From the NCBI RefSeq assembly GCF_963853765.1, contig NC_088859.1, forward strand, positions 51,274,001-51,338,000: DNA of 64,000 nt, read 5' to 3'. The notes beneath the pieces were generated by a model. The model had not been told where the DNA came from. It did not search any database and was given only the letters and a program-made list of their open reading frames with translations. Positions within the stretch are counted from its first letter, which is position 1; the number at the start of each line of letters is the position of its first letter. Positions 1 through 12,479 of the stretch are shown piece by piece. Source of the stretch: Magallana gigas (lineage: Eukaryota). A program made the translations under genes and the position numbers.

Positions 1-2668
1 AGAACGGTTGACATTCTGAGGCACTGCATAAATACGGTTTGTAAATCTGAATTTGTTGAGTCAAGAAAAATTAATTGAAATTTTACAAATTTAGATTTTT
101 TTTATTTCAAATTTGATACAATGCTGAACTATAATTTTGTGCATATAATGTCATAAGTACATTGTCATAGTAAGGTGTCATAGCTCAAATCCTTGCTATG
201 TCTGGTATCATGCTGTTGTGAATAAAGATAATTCTGTGAACAGTTTAATGTTCTGTAGGTTGTCATTTTGAAGCTCATAAGTGCTAGTTGTGTTGTAAGG
301 CAATCACTGTATGATGTCATAGTGTAACTCTTTAGTACTGATATTTGATATGTTGTAGGGCAAGCACTGTATGATGTCATAGTACAACTCTTTAGTACTG
401 ATATTAGATGTGTTGTAGGGCAAGCACTGTATGATGTCATAGTACAACTCTTTAGTACTGATATTAGATGTGTTGTAGGGCAAGCACTGTATGATGTCAT
501 AGTGCAACTCTTTAGTACTGATACTTTGATGTGTTGTAGGGCAAGCACTGTATGATGTTTTGGTACAGCTCTATAGTACTGATACTATAATTATATAATA
601 GTGTTGTGTTGTGCATGTACTATGCCTAAATAGTCCGGCTCGTGCACTATGTATCAAACCCTGACTACTATTTAGGCATAGTACATGCACAACACAACAC
701 TATTGTTATTATTTACCGACTGTTGAATATACTGACGTGCTTTGCTATAACGTTAGCTGTGACGTTCGAATGTTGACAAGTCCCTATAAATTATCACTGG
801 AAAAGAAAGCGTTTGGATTTTTTCAAATAAATCAATTGATTTGACTATCTATTTAATCAACAAATTGTTGTACAATAAAAATTCAACAAAGGTTTTTGTT
901 CTTTTCAAGAAATGAGAGACGTTTGGCCTTACCGAGAAAACTCGAAATGTTTAGCAGACGAAATCTCATTGAATTTTTTTCTTGCACATTCTTTATCAAG
1001 CGTCATTTAAAAAAGCGTTTTTGTGATTCTCATGTAGAATTTCTTTGAAAAATGTTCAATCAATTTGTTCAAAAGTTTATAAGAAACTTTAACTTTAAAA
1101 TTACCGTCAATAATGAAGTGTTTTTGGAAAAATGAATAATTTTAATTGCTTAATGTCAGTCGTATATATCTACGTTTTATATATATAAATACTGTTAAGT
1201 TTACTAACGGCTTATTTAGCGTAGCGGTAACGCGTTGGGCTTCAAGCTTGAAAGATTTTAGCGTCGTGAGTTCGAATCCCGCTGTCAGCGCTTGAAAGAT
1301 TTTCGTTGAAAACATTTGCCGTGCTCTATTTTGGCATAGTATGCTTACGCTATATAAATCCTTTAATACTATGCGAAAATAGATGAGTATTGAATATATA
1401 GTGACAAACTGACAGAAGGTATAATAATATGTTGTAGGGCAAGCACTGTATGATGTCATTGTGTAACTCTTTAGTACTGATACTATAATATGTTGTAGGG
1501 CAAGCACTGTATGATGTTTTGGTACAGCTCTATAGTACTGATACTATAATATGTTGTAGGGCAAGCACTGTATGATGTCATTGTACAACTCTTTAGTACT
1601 GATATTTTGATGTGTTGTAGGGCAAGCACTGTATGATGAAGGAAGGGCCTAGGAAGATAGAAGTTTGCATAGTCATTGTCATTCACACAGATGGTGCTGC
1701 CCCTGAAGTTATCAAGTAAGTCATCAGGAACCACAACTCTTGTTAATTTGTGTAAAAGTCACTAAAAGAAACTTGCTTTAACCAAAGATGACAACTTCTT
1801 ACCTTGGTTTATGATTGTATATCATATATTACCTCTCAGACACTATTTAATTCTTCTTGTTTGCTGTGTTCACTATTTAACAATATTTGTGTAAGAAAGG
1901 ATTATACAGGAATACAATGTCTGGATTGATCATTCTCTTTATTGAATCCTCAGAATACAATGTCACAAATCAATCCTATCTTATTTCAGAAGCATATTTG
2001 GAGTAGACAAGGCCACAGAATACAAGTATAATATATCAGACGACATTATCTGTGGTAAGTTGACTGTATTTACTACTTCATCATCTCTAGCCAGTATTGC
2101 TACAGGACGTTTTCAGTCTCAGATTGCCTCGCCCATCTTACTTATTGGAAATTAATAGCTGGAAAATGAAACAGGGAATAGGGGGCCTTCATTTGGATCC
2201 AGTATATCGAGAATCAATCTGCAGTTTTTTAATACAGTATAAAATCTTGGCAAATACCTGTTAACCCTCCCCTTTCCCATGGGAGACTCCTGAAAAATGG
2301 CTAAAAAAATTGTTTATCTCCAACATTTAACTAAACTCCCGCATGAGAGATGTGAAAACCACAGTAAGCCAAGCATTTCATGCTTCTGTCCTGAGAATGA
2401 TGAAATAATCATGCTGTACATATTTACAGAAACGATCACAGTGGGTGAAAATGGGGTCAACGACAAACAGAGCTTCCTGAGGGCTTTCTATGAACAAGTG
2501 CAGAAAGGTCAGGATCGTATGTTTTGGTGTACTAGTTCGCAACTGGACGAGTCCATTGTGACCCAGTTCCAGGACTACCTGGGTAGAGAGAGTGGGGATC
2601 AAAGGGCGCAGTCCCAAGACAGCGGCAGTGAGGGGTCCCTGCTACGCTCTACCTCCAACCCCTGCTAA
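1..2668 (+). CDS. 3' part of an unidentified multi-exon protein-coding gene (exons 1-36 partial, 1621-1715, 1990-2054, 2430-2668)
   Basis: GT-AG exons join in phase (0, 2, 1) into one open frame: RTVDILRHCINT|GKHCMMKEGPRKIEVCIVIVIHTDGAAPEVIK|SIFGVDKATEYKYNISDDIICE|TITVGENGVNDKQSFLRAFYEQVQKGQDRMFWCTSSQLDESIVTQFQDYLG...NPC*. Donors gtttgt(37), gtaagt(1716), gtaagt(2055); acceptors tgtag(1620), ttcag(1989), tacag(2429). No family recognised; the 1-36 exon is the least certain. Confidence 0.7.
592..1428. mobile_element. Non-autonomous insertion in the 60-bp array, with a terminal 38-bp hairpin and an internal tRNA-like segment; superfamily uncertain
   Basis: The repeat unit gatactataat|atgttgtag is interrupted here. 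Perfect inverted repeat at 597-634 / 667-704. Possible ataat duplication at 587-591 / 1424-1428 (AT-rich, could be chance). Confidence 0.65.
1210..1289 (+). pseudogene. Degenerate tRNA-derived segment inside the insertion
   Basis: A box TAGCGTAGCGG (1217-1227), B box GTTCGAATC (1270-1278), intact D stem gcgt/acgc. Acceptor and T stems have mismatches, and an extra gcttgaaagatttt copy lies in the anticodon/variable region. Confidence 0.55.
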
Positions 2669-5600
2669 TGCACCTCAGACAACCTCATGCCTCATCCAAA
2701 GGGGCACCTGTCTATAGATGAATAGTTTGTCAAATTGGATGCTTTATTGCGCGACTGCTTGCGTTATGTATGTTGTGAGTACAGCTCATATATTGCATAT
2801 ATTTCCTCAGGTTCTTTATAAACCTAAATACTAAATTATAAGAATTGGGAAAATCAAATTTTACAGTAATGGAGTGCTTGTGGAGATATTAACGCAGTTG
2901 ACATATGACATCTGCTGTGAATCTCAGCTCAACAAAGCTCATGTGGGAGGGGGTAGGGGAACAACACGTTGTAGCGGGTTACTTCATGTAAGCCTGCCCC
3001 ACACTCAGCAGTGGGATGGGTGTTCTTGGTTCGCTAGTTATTTTTCATTTTAAATTTGATGTTGTTGACTTGTTGGTATTTATTTTACCTCTGTTAGTTT
3101 TTAACTGATATTTTTTACTGGTGTTCAAAGATTGTGTTTAAGATTTGTTTTTATTAAAAAAATATATTTTTTATATGAATTTTATCTCAAATGTGACTTA
3201 CAAAATTTGATTTTGAATTATTTTCCTTGAACATGATTGAATGTAAGGTGGAGTCAGAGGTCCTTCGCATCTTTATAAATGTTCTGCAAACAAGCTCAAT
3301 CTAGTAACTTTAGTAAAGGTATCATAATTGAACATATATATGATTTGAAAGTGACAAAAAAAAAGCAATGCATAAGTTTTTGAAAAAAAGTTATTTAGAA
3401 AAATCCCTTCAGTTCTCAATTCAAACTCAGGATATGTAGGTCAAAAGTTTGAGCCAAATTTTACTGTGCTACACAGTCTGACAATCGATAGTGTCAAATT
3501 AACAATTTTCCGATGCATTGAAATCTCCTTGTTATGACATACTCTCATCAAAAGTATAAGTCAGGGGATGTGAAGGACCTTTTCACATGCGTATGTTTGC
3601 TAGAAGTCTGATGAAAACTCATTTGTATTGTGTTCATTTGGTGTAAAAAAAAAAGTGGAAATAGTATTATTTGGTAAATGCTACAAACAGAAAGAGAAAT
3701 AATGTGTATTGAGAAAAAGTGTTTGTGGTTTGTTTTTGCCCTCACAAGTTGAACTGAATATGACTTTTATTATTAGATATAACACGGTAATTATGTAGGG
3801 CAAAGCATTTAATGTAATTGTAAGCTAAATTTTTCTGAATTGTTGTTATCTTTTTTATAGATTTTTTTTCTATATTTAGCACATTGCTTTTGTTATTATG
3901 TCCAGTAGTATTACACGGCAGCATTAGCTATATTACACGTAACAATTTGTTAAATGTTAATTTTTTTTCTCTGTTTGTTTTTACTCCATAAAGTTTATTT
4001 TATTTACCAATGGTTTCTAAAATCTGTTAATTAGATTATCAAGGGGGTGAATGAGGATCGCAAAATCTTCAAAGTGGTGGGATAAAAAAGTAAAGGGAGA
4101 GCCCATTACGTGTTTTGGAGTGTATTTCTTGGGGAGTGGTAATAATGTGTCAGTGAAATGGTTACTAAAATAGTATTCGAGAATTTTGATACTGATGAAA
4201 TGTTTTGCTCAAATTTTGCTTTTGCTTTAGTCTTAACTTTAGACTTTTGCAGTTTACAGCTGTAAGTGCTTCATTAAATTACTTCTTATTCACTTGTGTG
4301 CCAGTAGGAAGCATTTTTATTTCATTTCATTTATTTTTACACAATTCATGCTTATATGTAATTATATACATATGGAGGTTTATCTTTCTCAGTATGGACA
4401 TTTTTTGATAAAATCTGAAATTTAAATTATGCTCACTATTTTAGCCCATCGTGTGGACTATAAAAAATATCATTACCTAGTACTTATAGTCTGTAATTGT
4501 AAAGAAAGAAAGTTATCTCTCTTTTCAGAGGTTCCATGAACTTTACATGTAATAATAAGTGAAGAAAGTATCAGTAATGATAGCAGGGTTAGAAGACAAA
4601 TTGGATGGCCCTTGACACGCCTATAGCTTTAACTGCCACACACTTATCTCCGACTTGTTTGTTTTAGTTGTTGTGTCTAGTCACTAGTCATTGTTTCTTG
4701 TATGTGGTAGACAACTAGACAATGTTGTCTAGCACTAAACCTGTACTACTAGCCTACAGATTTGTATCACTTGTAGGTGTGTGTATCACTTAAACTCAGC
4801 AATGATTCTTTATGTTTTTGGACTTAAAGCTGTCTGTGAAAAAGTGTTCCATCTGAAGAAGTTTAGCCCATTTGTGACTGAAACTTCTTGTCAGGATATT
4901 AAGCTCATCTGTAATTGAGTATTTTGTGAACTCTAATTATTGTGTTTTTTTATTACTGTAACATTGAATTTTTCTCTGTGTAGTAAATTAACTAAGAAAT
5001 CATGGTGGGTCAGCCCTGTATTGTGGGTAGATATGGTTGTCGTTGATTCTGCCAGGGTTACAAAATTTCATACATAATATTTTTTGGGGGGAAGGGGGGT
5101 GGATGGGTTTCACATCACAAATCAAGAAACATTTTGACTGGACATAGCTAACCAAAGATGTATATTAACATTATTTACTGCAATCTTGAGAAGATGACCG
5201 TGCCACACATGGCTGTACAGATCATTGTTTAGTTGACCTTTGTTCTTTTTTCTGAACGCCTATTCCTTTTCTAACAAAGCCACGTGAATTCCAAGCTTGC
5301 ATTTTGGATGCTAAAGTTTTGGGTTCTTGACCTTAACTCACGTTCACTTGTTTCATACTATATTTTGTAAATTGTTAAAATGGGTATTTTTTAATTTTTT
5401 TTTTCACTCAAAGACTTTTATTTTAAAGTAGGATATGTACATGTATATAGATTACCGATCATAAGATGCACTGCATTTTGGGATTGTGGGGGGGGGGGGG
5501 GGGGGGCAAGTTTGTGAATTAACACCATTGGGATACACAATAGTTCATGTCTTCCTTTTATGTACTTTTTAATTTCATTGATTAATATTTTTTGTTAATT

Positions 5601-6281
5601 TAGAGAACGTGACAGATGGTTTTTGTGATTTAGTTTCATGATGTTGAATAAATATGATCACATATTGTTGTTTTAGTTATTTATGACAAGTAATCTATGT
5701 CGCCACTGGTATAAACATGAGTTATCATTTTTACATAGACCGTAAACCCTCGAATTAACGTCCCCACTGACCACTAAGTTTGAACTGCCCAAAAACATTG
5801 AAATTCCTCCCCTCCGACATCAATGGATTCCAAAGCTCTTTGCGCAGAGACGGTGAATTGATGAATCATTTCGGTACGAATTCAAGCGTCGCTCACTCTA
5901 CACGGAGTGATTTTTGCTCAGAGTTGTGTGTCCCAGTGCTTCAGCACCCAAACCGGAGAAGTTGATGCTGCATAAGTTCCGCGCAGAACCAGTTCATGGC
6001 GCCTCATGGTGTTTGTTCACGTTTGAATTCTGACAAATACGTATAGTCTGATACAGCAGCTGTGGTCACAAAGGTCGATCTCCCACAGTGGGTGTACACA
6101 GACCACGGAATCGTGACCTCCCCGCTTAACCACAGCGCTGTGTGTGGACCATGGAGTTTGTGAACCATTGTTTGATGTAGGACGCTCTAGGTTTGAAGGT
6201 GAAAGTTGACTGTTACTCAACAGGACGAATTGTCTTTTATAACATGTAAATAATTGCTTCCACTGACCTTATATTCGCTGA

Positions 6282-7163
6282 GGCCAAAATAAAATTATTG
6301 CTTGTTTAGAATTGCCTCCCACCTCGTTGAAATACCCACGCTGATAACATTTTATTAGCAAAGTTTAAAAACTTTTTTGTTATGTGGAGATTTTAATTTT
6401 TTGTAACTAATTTTTGGGAGTTGATTTTAATCAACTCTCCTGTGCAGTTACTCAGGCAAACCGAAAGTAAAACAGTGTTTGGACCTAAGCACATATCAAC
6501 ACCGCTGACAAAATTTAGTTCTAATCAATAAATTCGATGTAATGAGTTCTTAGCATTGTTCTTCAAGGAAACTCATTTATAGATACCTTGAAAATAGTCA
6601 GATTTTAAATGGTACGAACAATTTAGATTGTTTTAGGTCGTACATTTTATGTATTACTACGCCAGAGTTCAATATAGTCTCGTTCAACCAGATTCTCGGC
6701 TGTCTCCGTAAATCTCCGACAAGCATAGAGTCTCTCTTGCTTCTCGGGGATTAACGGATACAGCTGAGAGTCTGGTTAAACGAGACTATGATATTAGTTC
6801 AATTTTGCTTGGATCCATAGAATTTCTCATAACTATTTCGATAACTGATACGTAGTTTGATGGATAATTCTACACAACATGATTGATATTGGGTTTTCAT
6901 AAAATTCCTGTAAGATTCATAATTTTATAAATGTGCGTAATTCAAATACTTATAGGAATTTACTTGCATGCAAAATAACATCGTTGATTTTAAAATAAAT
7001 AACAATCGATGAAATCAACTCCTGTCAGTACTTCAGTACTTTGATTAATTAGTTAAATTTATCGTTTGAAAAATAAAAAATAAATCCCTCCCTCCCTCCC
7101 TCCCTCCTGGGTCTAGAAACCTCGAGGCGGCAATTCCAAACAAACATTTTTTTAACGATGGCC
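6282..7163. mobile_element. Non-autonomous PIF/Harbinger-like DNA transposon (882 bp)
   Basis: Imperfect TIRs starting GGCCA...ttgtttagaattgcc / ggcaattccaaacaa...TGGCC; 3-bp TSD TGA (6279-6281, 7164-7166). The paralogous copy shows the empty site actgatgtt at 8071-8079. TNA TSD and GGC termini fit PIF/Harbinger. Confidence 0.8.
6675..6788. mobile_element. Palindromic MITE (114 bp) nested in the Harbinger-like element
   Basis: tagtctcgttcaaccagattctcggctgtctccgtaaatctccgacaagc ... gcttctcggggattaacggatacagctgagagtctggttaaacgagacta is a near-complete fold-back. Confidence 0.8.
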
Positions 7164-8528
7164 TGATGTTTAATGAACCGTTTTGTGTGACAGACTCCAT
7201 CGCGGGTCTCCTCTGAATTGCGCTAGAGTTTCTGCTCAAAGAAATTGTAAAATGTTAAAGACCTGTCCGCTCTACGTACAAGTACTCCTTATTCCCTGCA
7301 TCGTTTCTTCGTATACGACGAGGATGGACACTTGTTGACTTTGCCCCCCCCCCCCCCCCCCCCCCAATCTCTCTAAGCCTTAATGTCAAAGGACCTGCTC
7401 CCTATTTCAAATAAGCATCTAAGCTATAAATTAATATGATAAATCTAAACAGAACTTTTTGGAGTCGGATGAAGTGATTTAGTTCGGTAACCGTCCATGC
7501 GATAACTACTTGTAATGATATTATCTAGGATCTATTAGCATCAAATTTATAAACGATTCGTGAATCTACTTGGAGACGGGAGATGCTGGTCCATTCTTAC
7601 AATGCAGCTACATCCGGGCTAACCTGATGGTACATGTAAGATACCCTAATGATCCATTACTTGGACTCTGACAGATTCTGTTGTCCCCCCCCCCCCCCCC
7701 CACAGTGGGTGTAAAGGTCTGTATAGGAATACAAGTGACTAATGTTTACATACAAGAACAGGGACTACGGGACTACTGAGTGAAAGTGTCATGCTAAACC
7801 CCAGATCTCCGTATCATTTTGATCCAGCGTTTGAACCCTGACTCCCTCTGAGTTTACACTAACTTCTGAATGCTGACTAGTGTTTACACACAGGAATCGT
7901 GACCACCCCGCTAAACCACAGCACTGTGTGTGGACCATGGAGTCTGTAGAACTAGTGAGCCATTGTTTGATGTCGGGCGATCCGGGTTTGAAGGTGAAAC
8001 AGTACTGTTATTTAACGGAACTAATTGTCTTTAATTAAATAAATTCCATGCTCCCACTGACCTTTTATTTACTGATGTTAAAAGTTAACCCTTTTATCGG
8101 ACAGACTCCATTGTGGTGCACTTTTGAATTCTTGCAGATACATGTAGTTTCCACTCAAAGAATACGTGTTTGCAGCTAACTTCTCTGTTTGCTATACAAA
8201 CTGCCATTTCTACCAGACTCATATTTAGAAGAGAGTAATGTTTGATGTCCGACGATCTTGGTTTGAAGGTGAAACGGAACTTACTCAACGGGAGGAATTG
8301 TCTTTACATAAATAATGAAGGTGGTAGAGGGCACCTTGAGATATTAGAATTGATAAAAGTATACATTATGTTCAAAATGTTATCACCGTTTACCGTTTTA
8401 AGAACTTGTACATTGCTTTACCATAATATACATTTTTAAAAGAATTTTTGGAAGTGACTGAATTGTAAAATCCCCAGCCGGTTTTAAATAATGAAACCAA
8501 CAGATATGCAGCTGATATATTGCTTTAC

Positions 8529-8713
8529 CATGCGCGGATCCAGAATTTTTTCCCCGGAGGTGGAGGGGTCGACGGTTATTTGAGTTTGCCAGGGAGAGGG
8601 GGGGGGGTCCAGGCATATTTTTGGTAACTTATAATGTAATTTTATGAAATTTGAATTTGCGGGGGGGGGGGGGGGGGGGGGGGGTATGGACTCCCCCTCT
8701 AGACCCGCGCAAG
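8529..8713. mobile_element. MITE with poly-G interior
   Basis: TIR catgcgcggatccaga / tctagacccgcgcaag; flanking direct repeat gctttac at 8522-8528 and 8714-8720. Confidence 0.8.
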
Positions 8714-11700
8714 GCTTTACGTTGTTAGACATCAAAATTGTGAAGAAAAAATATTTCTTAATATGATTACGCTGAATTTGACTGTTTCAAACTAAATATA
8801 TCACAAATATGGAGGTGTCCCCTACCTGTTGCTATTTTTTGGGTAGTTTGTACATGTAGGTATGAAATATCTGCGGTAAGTGTTGTAATGATGGTGTACA
8901 TACATGTAAACAGTTGGGTACAATTAATGAAGTCTACTGCGTAAGTGCACTTTTATTTTTACATTCAATGTTTTCCCTTTTGATTAAAAAGAAGCAAACT
9001 ATTTTTCAAACTGTATTAATGTGCATACCCTTTATAATGCAGTTGTTTGTTGACGTTTACGAGTGAACGACGATTCGTGTATAGCCCACACAGAGAACAT
9101 TAACTAAAAGTCGCATTTCAGTAATCTATTTTATGATAATAATGTAACCACTGTGTGTGTATTTAAAGTTAATGTAGTGTGGTAGCCATTAAAATCATTT
9201 CAAGTACGTTTCAAACCTAATTTTTCATTGAAAGGATTGTTCCTATATATCCTCCTCATAAACTCCAACAAATCGTTGTTCATCAATAGGGGTAACTAAT
9301 AGATTATAAGAATTTCGGAATATTTGCATGATATCGAAAGAAGTTAATAATCCGAATCCGAATACGCTTAAGATGCGTAAAAATCTTTGGGATTTTTAAA
9401 AGTGCAATCATCGACATTTAAAATCCTGTCCTATTTTTCTTTTAGTCAAAGACATTCTAATATTGATTCAAAGCGTGACGTCATTTTTTGTAGAAAAAGA
9501 ATTACCAATTTTCTTATCACGACAGAGCAAGGCGGTATTATTCTCAATGCATCAAAACCACAATAGATTCTTATTTATCAACAGTGCACCTCCAAATCCC
9601 ATCGCAGCACATATATAGATACATACAAATCTATACACTTGTATACCCCGATATGACGGACCGTGGGAGACTGTGTAAACACGGCCCCCGAATTCCGACC
9701 CATTCAGAACCCGGATAAAAGGGGGATACGGGGGAATTCGTCTGAACATGTGGCCCCGTCGTGATTTATAACCGAAATGTCGACAACAGAACACCAAGTT
9801 TCTGTATGTACATAAGTAAATGAATCAATTTTGATAAGATCGTGTCAATAAAGCTATATTTGCTGACTAGATGTAAAATGGATTTTTAAATATGGATATT
9901 TCAATAGATAGAGAACTAAGATGTAAGGAAGGCGTTTCATTGTCACTGTTTATAAAACTCCTGTTTATTCGTGGTCAAATATACATATGATAAACACGTT
10001 GTCCTGGCAAAATATCAGAGGGGTTAAACATGTTTTTTTGGTATAATTATGTATATGACACTTGAGTGTTACCATGACAGCACCACTATGTCTCTCTAAA
10101 ATAACACCTATTTTTCTTCCGAGACATAATTACTTCAACTGTCTATATTGATTCGATCTGACTTCATTGAAAGCTCCCGACTGTATATATATTTAGTCCA
10201 AAGTAATTTCTCCGTAGGAGACAGGTGTCCGGGAGTACCTGCTATAATTGGACAGTACTAGGACTGCATTCAAGGCTCTGCACCGCTTTGGTCTTCCCCA
10301 ATACGTTTATGGTATATATAGGAACGTCATAAGTAAGCTTATTAAAATTGCTAATCGCCGTTAAGGGTTTTAAATCGTTATTTCTGGCACGCATTTGAGC
10401 GATTTGATTCTTCTTCTGCATAACTTAATACTTCTGAAGCTGCATGCTATTACGAAAGCTGGCGAGGGACCAGTGACTGAGGTGTCAGACATAGGTCTAC
10501 CCACAAATCCCAGGAACCCAAATCAGCCGCGACACAGGGTTTTGTTTATATTTGATAGAAAAGAGTTAAATTTGATACTAATTACTTAGTGTCTCTGGGC
10601 TAGAATCATGGACTATTGACACGGATGTAGAAGCAATTTCACATTCCATAAGACACATCTTAACTCTGAGAGAATAAATCATCTAAAAAATTATTTATGC
10701 AGAACTTTTGCATTGTCACTAATGTGCTTACAGGGGGTAAAATGTTGCCTTTTATCGATTCATTAAACGATAGGTAGGACATTAAGAGAAATCAGTTCCT
10801 GTAGAGCATATCCAATAGATGGAATGCTAAGGCTTTCACTTCAAACAATTAATTGTTCAATAAAGAATTACACTCTCTTCGGGTAAATTGACTGCATATT
10901 GAGTAGTAAAAGAAACCCCTTTATTCAATCCATTTAAATTTTGTTACATTTGCATAATAAAAAGATCAAGTGCTTGAATCAGTTTTCATGGACCGTTGTC
11001 TTCAATCAGCACCGGAAGTGACGCATCCTGTAATCACACTTATGTAACGCGATGTACTTGATTTTTCGTAACGATCAGTGCCTCATTACGATATCAGTGA
11101 AATCTTGTTCTACTGGAGATATATAATAACTGGATTTATCGAAGACAATATAACACAACGACCTCATTCCTTTACACAGATGATTATATTTCAAACTATG
11201 ACGATCAAGATATTCATAAAAGAGCAGCGATTTTTAATTTAAAATAGTAAATAATTGTAATGTATATTGGTTGGGTATAAAAAAAAAAATCTCCACTTCG
11301 GTTGATTTGAATTTTGATTAATTCATAATAAAGATTTAAATGAATATAATAAATATTATACAAAGTGAAACAAACTTATAGCTTTTAAAGTGAATAAGAA
11401 AGATATGAAATTTAAATGTCATAAACAAGTATTTCTTAATAAAAGCTTTGAAACGTAAGATTTTCAATCCTTTACCCCATGCAGGGAAGTTTAAATGTTT
11501 AAAATTTATTAAACCTTTCCAAAATCAATTTCATATTGCGTACAGGGCATTCTTTACAATAAATGCTTTGAGGCAATTAGTTTTTCGACTGTTTACTAGT
11601 AATAACAATTAATTTAAGCCCCATGAAGCCGGAGTTTAACTAAACAAGGTGCAAACATGAGACGGCATCACAAAAAGCAAAAAAGATTAAGTCTTGGAGT

Positions 11701-12479
11701 AAATATTGACCCGTGTACTCTAGCTGGTTTAACAACAATATTGGTATTTACTGTGCGTTATTTGAATTCCCTCTCTGTAGCGCTGTTATTTCAGATCTTT
11801 GGGGGTGCTAATCATGTCTAAAAGTAAGGTCCAACATGTTTTACGTTTTGGCTTCAAATTTTAATTCCGCTCGTTGCCTTTAATTTTTAATAAGAGAACT
11901 TGTAAATAAACCCCCCAAATCCCCCTGGCATCGGTCAGCATATAACCTGAAACTTAAATATGAAATATCCAAAGTAAGGGGCCGCTAACTTCATACCCAA
12001 ATATACGTACTGTGTATGCTAGTATACATGTACTTTTAATTGTATTTTCAAATACTTCCGTATAGATCTAGAGGTGTACTTAATTACTACATATATATAT
12101 GTTTCAGATATGTTGGGGGTAAGCACATCCAAATTATGAGCAAAACGATTGTAAATTGTTTTATTTTTCTTACGAATAGTTCGACAAGATGATTACATAT
12201 TTCACCTATTCAAAACAATAGTTTTATTCAGATTGCAATGTCTGTTTCTTTTTCTCTATAAATACACATTCACCAATCACGTCGTCCCTGTACTTATCAC
12301 AGTAATGGCTTCTTACGGCCTCGTCCAGGAAAGACACCGGGGACAAATCTAATCCACTCCATAAATGTCATCTGGCGTGTCAACTGAAATGACTGCCTCC
12401 AGTGGCAGTGAATATTATCACAGAAATATCCCAAAGTTTAAGTTATTCCGCAGTGAGCTCTTGTCACATGGTCTTCGTG

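Larger units (their letters stand above)
291..1638 (+). repeat. 60-61 bp tandem repeat in two blocks (about 291-591 and 1429-1638), split by an insertion
   Basis: Unit tgttgtagggcaagcactgtatgatgtcatagtacaactctttagtactgatattagatg recurs with post-AG starts at 299 (degenerate), 359, 419, 479, 540, 1438, 1499, 1560 and 1621. Confidence 0.95.
6083..8310. repeat. Locally duplicated segment: copies at about 6083-6281 plus 7164-7250, at about 7700-8170, and a partial copy at about 8237-8310
   Basis: Shared text ggaatcgtgacc...ccacagc.ctgtgtgtggaccatggagt...ccattgtttgatgt...ggtttgaaggtgaaa...gaattgtcttt...ccactgacctt in the first two copies; the partial third copy shares only the tgtttgatgt...ggtttgaaggtgaaa...gaattgtcttt part. 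Confidence 0.8.

Noticed and set aside
1210-1289. Functional tRNA-Sec or opal suppressor
   Set aside because: Acceptor, anticodon and T stems are mismatched, there is no Sec-type long-arm geometry, and it lies inside a repeat insertion.
291-1638. CRISPR-like appearance of regular repeats
   Set aside because: The units are head-to-tail with no unique spacers, there are no cas genes, and the context is eukaryotic.
1691-1715. 25-bp micro-exon using the cacag acceptor at 1690
   Set aside because: It needs a phase-1 upstream donor. The longer exon from 1621 is open and matches the phase-0 donor at 37, so that model is preferred; alternative use is not excluded.
165-1734. Minus-strand ORFs with SVLKSCTMTSYSACPTT repeats
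   Set aside because: They are translations of the 60-bp intronic repeat and the antisense of the 1621-1715 exon; several frames are open, with no independent coding signal.
10200-10600. Possible exons in GC-richer patches
   Set aside because: No phase-consistent partner exons or recognisable protein pattern were found.
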